NCBI GenBank assembly: GCA_030141605.1
Contig: JAQGDQ010000523.1
Coordinates: 122,464 to 154,127 of the forward strand
Direction of reading: 5' to 3'
Length of the DNA stretch: 31,664 bases
Source: Tubiluchus corallicola
Lineage: Eukaryota > Animalia > Priapulida
Shown here in pieces: positions 24,521 through 31,664 of this stretch. A model generated the notes under the pieces. The model had not been told where the DNA came from and ran no database searches. It saw nothing but the letters and a program-made list of their open reading frames with translations. Every line of letters begins with the position of its first letter. Within the stretch, counting starts at the first letter, position 1. Both the position numbers and the translations under genes were made by a program.

Positions 24521-24647
24521 CGGTATGGCTGACCTTGCTTTCATTTTTTTCATAATTTGCTAATACCACATATCTAAAGTACAAGAACAAGACGTACACG
24601 GCATTATATATCTTTACGTACACTTTACTATGCTTTAATGTTTAGCA

Positions 24648-24767
24648 CTCTACGGCCAAATCACGTTGAAAACACCGGTTCTCGTCTGATCACCGAAGTT
24701 AAGCAACGTAGAGCCTGGTTAGTGCTTGGATGGGTGACCGCCTAGGAATACCAGGTGCTGTAGGCTT
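24648..24767 (+). rRNA. Full-length 5S rRNA-derived sequence (SINE head, probably not a functional 5S gene)
   Basis: 120 nt, CTCTACGGCC...GATCACCGAAGTTAAGCAACG...TTGGATGGGTGACCGCC...AATACCAGGTGCTGTAGGCTT. Box A and box C regions are present; no oligo-T terminator follows. Confidence 0.9.
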
Positions 24768-25145
24768 ACGGGATGCCCACACTGTATCTCGACACTAGGC
24801 GGAGGAGCTGTACAAGCAACCAACGGCTAGAGGGCGGAGGAGGTCAAGTGACCCAACGGCCATGTGTAGAGGAGTAAACCTTCCAAATCAGGAGTGGAGC
24901 CCCGAAGGCGGACCAGTGCAGCATGCTCACTGACTCCGGCAGCTTCTGCAGCCAACCTGGTGCCAAACGTATCGCTCTGCTTTCCTTTGGACTACACCAG
25001 GGAGGAAGAGCCCCTGGGTTCCTGCGGTCTGGGCAACTCAGGATCTCCATACACCTTGCCCAGGCTTGCACCCTGGAGACGTTCAAGGATCGGACTCTCT
25101 TGGCGCACATTCCATTGTCTTCCGAGACAGAAGGATGCCAACATG
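24648..25145 (+). mobile_element. 5S rRNA-derived SINE (SINE3-type) with an RTE-like body and tail
   Basis: 5S head, GC-rich structured body and 3' hairpin TGTCT-TCCG-AGACA ending GGATGCCAAC. Perfect 12-bp TSD TAATGTTTAGCA at 24636-24647 and 25146-25157. Confidence 0.82.
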
Positions 25146-26289
25146 TAATGTTTAGCAGCAGTAACTAGGCTTATGTATTTCAGGTCCTATATTTACAGAG
25201 TTTCATTATAAGCTTTACTCCAATTATCTCGACATTTCGGATATGTAACAAGTATTCTATGTAAATGTTACTGATTGTCTTAATTTTTAGCGATTAAAGT
25301 ACAAAACGATAAACCAACATTACAGAAAAATAACGCGTAATACTTGCATTAAGCATTATCATTTTATAAAAGATGAGACTGGCAGGCTATATTAGCTCTT
25401 AGGCCAGTCTATATTCTGAATACGCAAATTAAAATACATCAGTTTACGGGAGTTGAACAAAATTCACATTGTTTACATTAAAATACGATAAAATAAAAAA
25501 TCAATAAAATATATACAAAGTGTAAAGTTATCAAAACTGGGAGGGATCAGTGAACTGGGGTAAAAATGTTTTATAGAAATCTGTTAAATTTGCAATATTT
25601 TAACAAGCAAGTTTCGGCTGGCTTCCTACTAAAAACTGATAGGTCATAACTGAGGTCATTCCATATACTACAAATTCTCTTTCAACCTAGAAGAATTGAT
25701 AAAAAATTCATAGTTATGTCCTCGAAAATGTGTGATTGGAGCAAAAGTGAAGAAATCTTCAAAATTTAAAGCCTATATTCTATATAGAATGAGCTTTATT
25801 CTATAAAGGCAATAATAATACAAAAGAGCAATAGTAGCAAAAATGAGGGTACAAACATGTAAACTTATTGATACAATAGAAAAAATGTTTAATGAGTTTT
25901 TGTGAGAAATGTTCGTGAGCATGCGCGTCACTGTTGGCGCATTGTTTCTAGCCGTCCAATTAGCGAATGGCATCCTTCGTCTCGTCGAGAATCACCCATG
26001 TGCCTGCTGTCGTTGGATGTGAAAACCCACCCTCTCGACCCACTCCTACAGTAGGCATTGTAATTTTTATGTGAACTTTAGATTTAGGTTCTTTTACCAT
26101 TGCACTGTTTTTTTCTGTAGGGTGGAACTTTTATATGATGTACTACTATAATATATTGTTCAAACTGCATTACCTAATTTTGTAATGTATTGTAGTATTG
26201 CAAACCATGCTTTATTATGTTTATCATCATAGACGCAAGCAATGCTGTGATTAGTATAGTCAGGTATTATGTGGGGCGGTATTTGGGTG

Positions 26290-26533
26290 CAGGGCCTATT
26301 TCAGCTTAAGCGAGGCCCGGGAAGTGGGGTGTGTGAGGCCTCCTCGGGGGGAGGGGGGTAGAAAATTTTTGAACTGCTAGAACGCCGGAGAAGCATTTTC
26401 GAAGAGAAAATATGGAGTTATACAGTATGTTCGCATAAAGCAAAAAAAATAATGTTGCCTCTGCTCGAGGCCCCCCTGAAGGGTGAGGCCCCGGGGAAGT
26501 ATCCCCACTCCCCCCCCCTTGAAATAGGCCCTG
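26290..26533. mobile_element. hAT-superfamily MITE (244 bp)
   Basis: Perfect 14-bp TIR CAGGGCCTATTTCA/TGAAATAGGCCCTG and perfect 8-bp TSD TTTGGGTG (26282-26289, 26534-26541). Subterminal GAGGCC motifs repeat. Confidence 0.9.
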
Positions 26534-27753
26534 TTTGGGTGTGCCCCAACTTTTTTGCCTTGCTATATTGAATGTATTGTCATTTTAATAAACGCCCTCA
26601 TTTTATCAACTAATTTCATTTCCGGTGCTTTTGCAAAAAACTAGCCAGTTTCAGCCAATTCTACCTCTAGTTCAGTTTTATGAACATTAGCTTACAAAAA
26701 AGACATTAGTGACGAGTGATCAATTGTTTCTGTCAACAAGCACATGTGAGGACAAAAAGAAAACCTGTCAAGTACATGTATAGGAAAAGAATAATCTTAT
26801 TAGCATTGCGTAAATACGTAATGGTGGTTCGTTGAGAATGTAAACCATCCAATCGCTTGTTCTCACTGCTGAGTTCTATTTACCAACATCAGCCTCCACA
26901 AATCAGATGCCATCAGCAGCAGCGTGCTAAGCTGAAGAAACCTGTCTTCTGACAACGCATCCATCATTTAAACCAGTAATAATCGTCGTGGGATAAATTA
27001 ACCCCGTCTTCGATTTTCCTTGACCAGAACCTGGCATTGCAACGTTCCTTTATTGTTTCTCGAACCCGTTTTCTTTATTGGCCATTATGTTGTTAATGTC
27101 GAAGGCCAACAAGAATGATTACGTCATTGTTGTCTTTCGCTTCCCGCATTACCTGAGTGGAGGAGTTAAGACGCATAAACTTCATCAAGTTGAGGAGTTA
27201 GTTGAAGAGATGAAGCTCAGATCTAAGGTCTCGCGAGACGGCAGTAAAAACCCACACAATGCAGTCAAAGAAGCCAGCCGGAACATTCCGGTAAGATTTC
27301 ATAGTGGTTTCGGCTGCATTTCACTGATTTATAATGCGAGTGGGCGAAAAAGCAGCGGCTGAAAAATGACAATTCTAAAATGTCTCTGCGGATTAAAAAT
27401 GAAGAAATTTTAGTGTAACTTACAGATGCGAAAATGTTGCACTCGCAGTACTAACAAATATGTGTCTTTAAATTAGTTTAATTAACATTCATACTTTGTC
27501 CTATATATGTGTTCCTATAAGCGTTGTTTATTTAAGTATGTGATTTGTTAACTGTACGTGTGTTTATGTTTGTAAAATAAAGCGTTTTTATATATTATAC
27601 ATATAAAAATGCGCATATAATCTCTGGAAATTAGTAAGTTAATGTCATTTCAATATTGTTTAATTTGATACAAGTATGCTAATTATAAACGACTTGGTAA
27701 GCACGTCGGTATTCGGCTTGGGTTTGAGTTTTCAGTTTTGTCCCGGAAAAGGC

Positions 27754-28160
<407 letters not shown>

Positions 28161-29715
28161 TCTAAATTTTACAGACGCAAGAGACTAGGCTTCTCGGCAA
28201 CCTACTTTAAGTTTCTTAAACGTGATGCTGCTTATTCAATTCCATAGAATTTGTGACGTTCATTGATTTGTGACTAATCTGACTGTTTGAAGCCCAACCG
28301 AGAGGACTACGTTTCGGTTGACAACAATACAACGACTGTAATTGTTTTCACACCAAAATAATGGACCATGTACCATCATCAGACATTTGTAAAGATAAAC
28401 AAGTTCAAAATCTGCAGCCTGTCCAAGTCACGCTTCCACATCAGGAAGAGGCTTCAAAGGCCTTAGACACCGTCTTTAAAATCAGAGGTTGCTCCTACTC
28501 TGACACAAATCGTCTGCTCTGTAAGCTGATAATGAAATCTATAATGAAATAGAACTTCCTTCCAGAAATCGAGTTGAAGCTTTGTATTGGACTTGGAAAA
28601 ATTTGCTCCGAGGCGCTTTTAATAGCTACTTATGCAAGCACTAATAACAAGAAATGGCGCAGATGTTTTTCCTCGGCTTCTGAACATTAATAACACGGCA
28701 TTAATGCTGCAAAACAAACCGCAGAAGAGATAAAACAGATGGAAGAACTTCAGAGACACGAAGCAGCGTCTGAAGGCTTACATTAGGCAGTTTGGCGAGG
28801 TTACGCTAGTTCACCCCTACATCCCTGGGCGGTAGTAATGAGGCTGTGACGCTCTACTTTAGTAACTTTGTATTCTACGTCTGAGCCGATTTTAACAAGA
28901 ATCCAAAGAGCAGCTAAACCAAACTTTATTCGCTACAGTGAAGAACGTTTTTGTTTAGAAGCAGCAGATCAAATAGAAGAAACCTTGCAATATTGTTGAA
29001 GCAAAATACCGTAATTTACAGATGCAATTTAAACATTTTTACACGTTTCTGCAATCTTCAAACGAAAGGAGATATTATTTCAACAATAGAAACTAGCAGA
29101 CTGCACAAGAGGGTGTAGCGGAAGTAATTATTGGCATTCCCATAGCATGTCTATCATAGACTTAAAAGGACAAAGGTTCAAATCCCGTGTTGGACTTCAG
29201 ATTATTTTACCAATGTAATTATTAATTAGCAACTCTGGGTCTTGTTGTTAACGCATTATAAAGTTCTGTTGTAGGCAGTACCGGCACTCCGCGTTGCAGT
29301 AGTATATTTTTATTGAGTTTTATACTTCTTGTAACAATACAGTTTAATTCTTTATACTGGTAATACCACAACGCTTTTGCATAAAGTTGTTTATGTGTCA
29401 GGTCCTTGTTTCGTTTTCGTAGTTAGCCTCTTATCCTGTAGTAATAAACCTTTGCAAATTCGGAATTGTTTTAGAAGTTGCCTGAACCTACCTCCACGCA
29501 TCCAGTCTCATCTTAAAACCGTGCATGTAAACCTTTTAACACTTAATAATCATAGACATCAGTAAGTTTCGGTTTCGGTGGCGCCCTGTTCATCTGTCAC
29601 TAAAACGGAAACAACGGGTAGCATCATTTTAGCACGACCACAGGTTTTTGTTAACTTGTTAAAAAGTATTTCATTTCTCGTCTAGAAATATATGCCTATT
29701 TGCAGTATAGAACTT

Positions 29716-30932
<1,217 letters not shown>

Positions 30933-31399
30933 AACTTCAGGAAACTATAAACTTGTTTATAAACAAAAGAATCCATTTCCTGTCCAGAATGGCTTCAAAT
31001 AGCAACACTTAATCTACCTCTTGAAAGTGTGTTCAACTAAGTGACCAGTGGGTGGGATGAACTTCTTGACCCTTATCAACAAAATGCATCTTTGCTTCTT
31101 ATATCAGCATTAGCATTCTATTTGTTTTTACGAGTGTCATGGCGCACCTTGTTTATAGATGAGAAAAAAATTGCAATGTATATTATAATATCTACATAAT
31201 TATTCACAATAGATGATAAAGATTTACACACCATCTGCATTGCAGGAGTTTATATATAGACCTTTATCAAGACTTATTAAGAGTCCTAAAATTCGCCAGC
31301 TACCATGGTCATAAGATACCATCGCCCGTAATGTTTCAAGGGTAAATAACACTTGTATTTTTAGGAATTCACAACTACACTATTTAAAATAATATTAGC

Positions 31400-31664
31400 A
31401 TAAAGCACAAGAAAACACTCTTTATAAAAAAAGTTTAAAAATTCGTCTTGAATTTTTGTATCCCTTACATGTTGTCTCGTCACATATAGAGCTTGCACTA
31501 GGTAACGCTGTATAAAACTTGTAAATTTATAACGACAACTGTTAGGCGCAGCCATTTTAACAGTAAGTCGTTTGAAAAAAGTTTACATAACATCGCGTAG
31601 AAGTAGAAAAATAATCAGAGCATTCGTAGCACACTCTTCGCTATCTGTGCAAAAGTTAAAATTA
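31400..31664 (+). mobile_element. Kolobok-like element, copy 3, truncated by the window end
   Basis: ATAAAGCACAAGAAAACAC start, then the same internal motifs as 12700-12955. Confidence 0.6.

Noticed and set aside
24648-24767. Functional 5S rRNA gene
   Set aside because: Single copy here, non-G first base, no oligo-T terminator, and enclosed with a downstream body inside a TSD.
24844-25168. Three short ORFs in the GC-rich segment
   Set aside because: They overlap on both strands, have no recognisable domain and are explained by the GC content of the SINE body.
26850-27362. Coding exon or 94-aa ORF
   Set aside because: Frames are broken on both strands; faint endonuclease-like words on the minus strand (DVIILVG) are too weak to call.
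29110-29200. tRNA gene
   Set aside because: A-box-like and B-box-like motifs (GGTGTAGCGG, GGTTCAAATCC) are present but there is no cloverleaf; at most a decayed SINE head.

Overview
AT-rich animal (probably invertebrate) genomic DNA, with no prokaryotic features. Three phase-compatible minus-strand exons (19839-20055, 3757-3890, 2868-3008) splice into a MAM domain followed by an LDL-receptor class A domain. The sequence and exon phases best fit an ALK/LTK-family receptor tyrosine kinase; a MAM/LDLa repeat protein is the alternative. The rest of the window is probably intronic. The ~15.9-kb intron holds a near-full-length two-ORF LINE (probably Proto2/RTE-X-like, with one stop and one frameshift in ORF2) inserted into a (TC)n tract. 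It also holds decayed LINE pieces, Kolobok-like and foldback elements. Further along are a 38-bp minisatellite, a hAT MITE with a perfect 8-bp TSD, a 1.2-kb TIR element and compound microsatellites. The most distinctive element is a ~500-bp retroposon (24648-25145): a complete 5S rRNA head, a structured RTE-like body and an RTE-type 3' hairpin, bounded by a perfect 12-bp TSD, i.e. a candidate 5S-derived (SINE3-type) SINE. Family assignments come from recalled motifs, not database searches.
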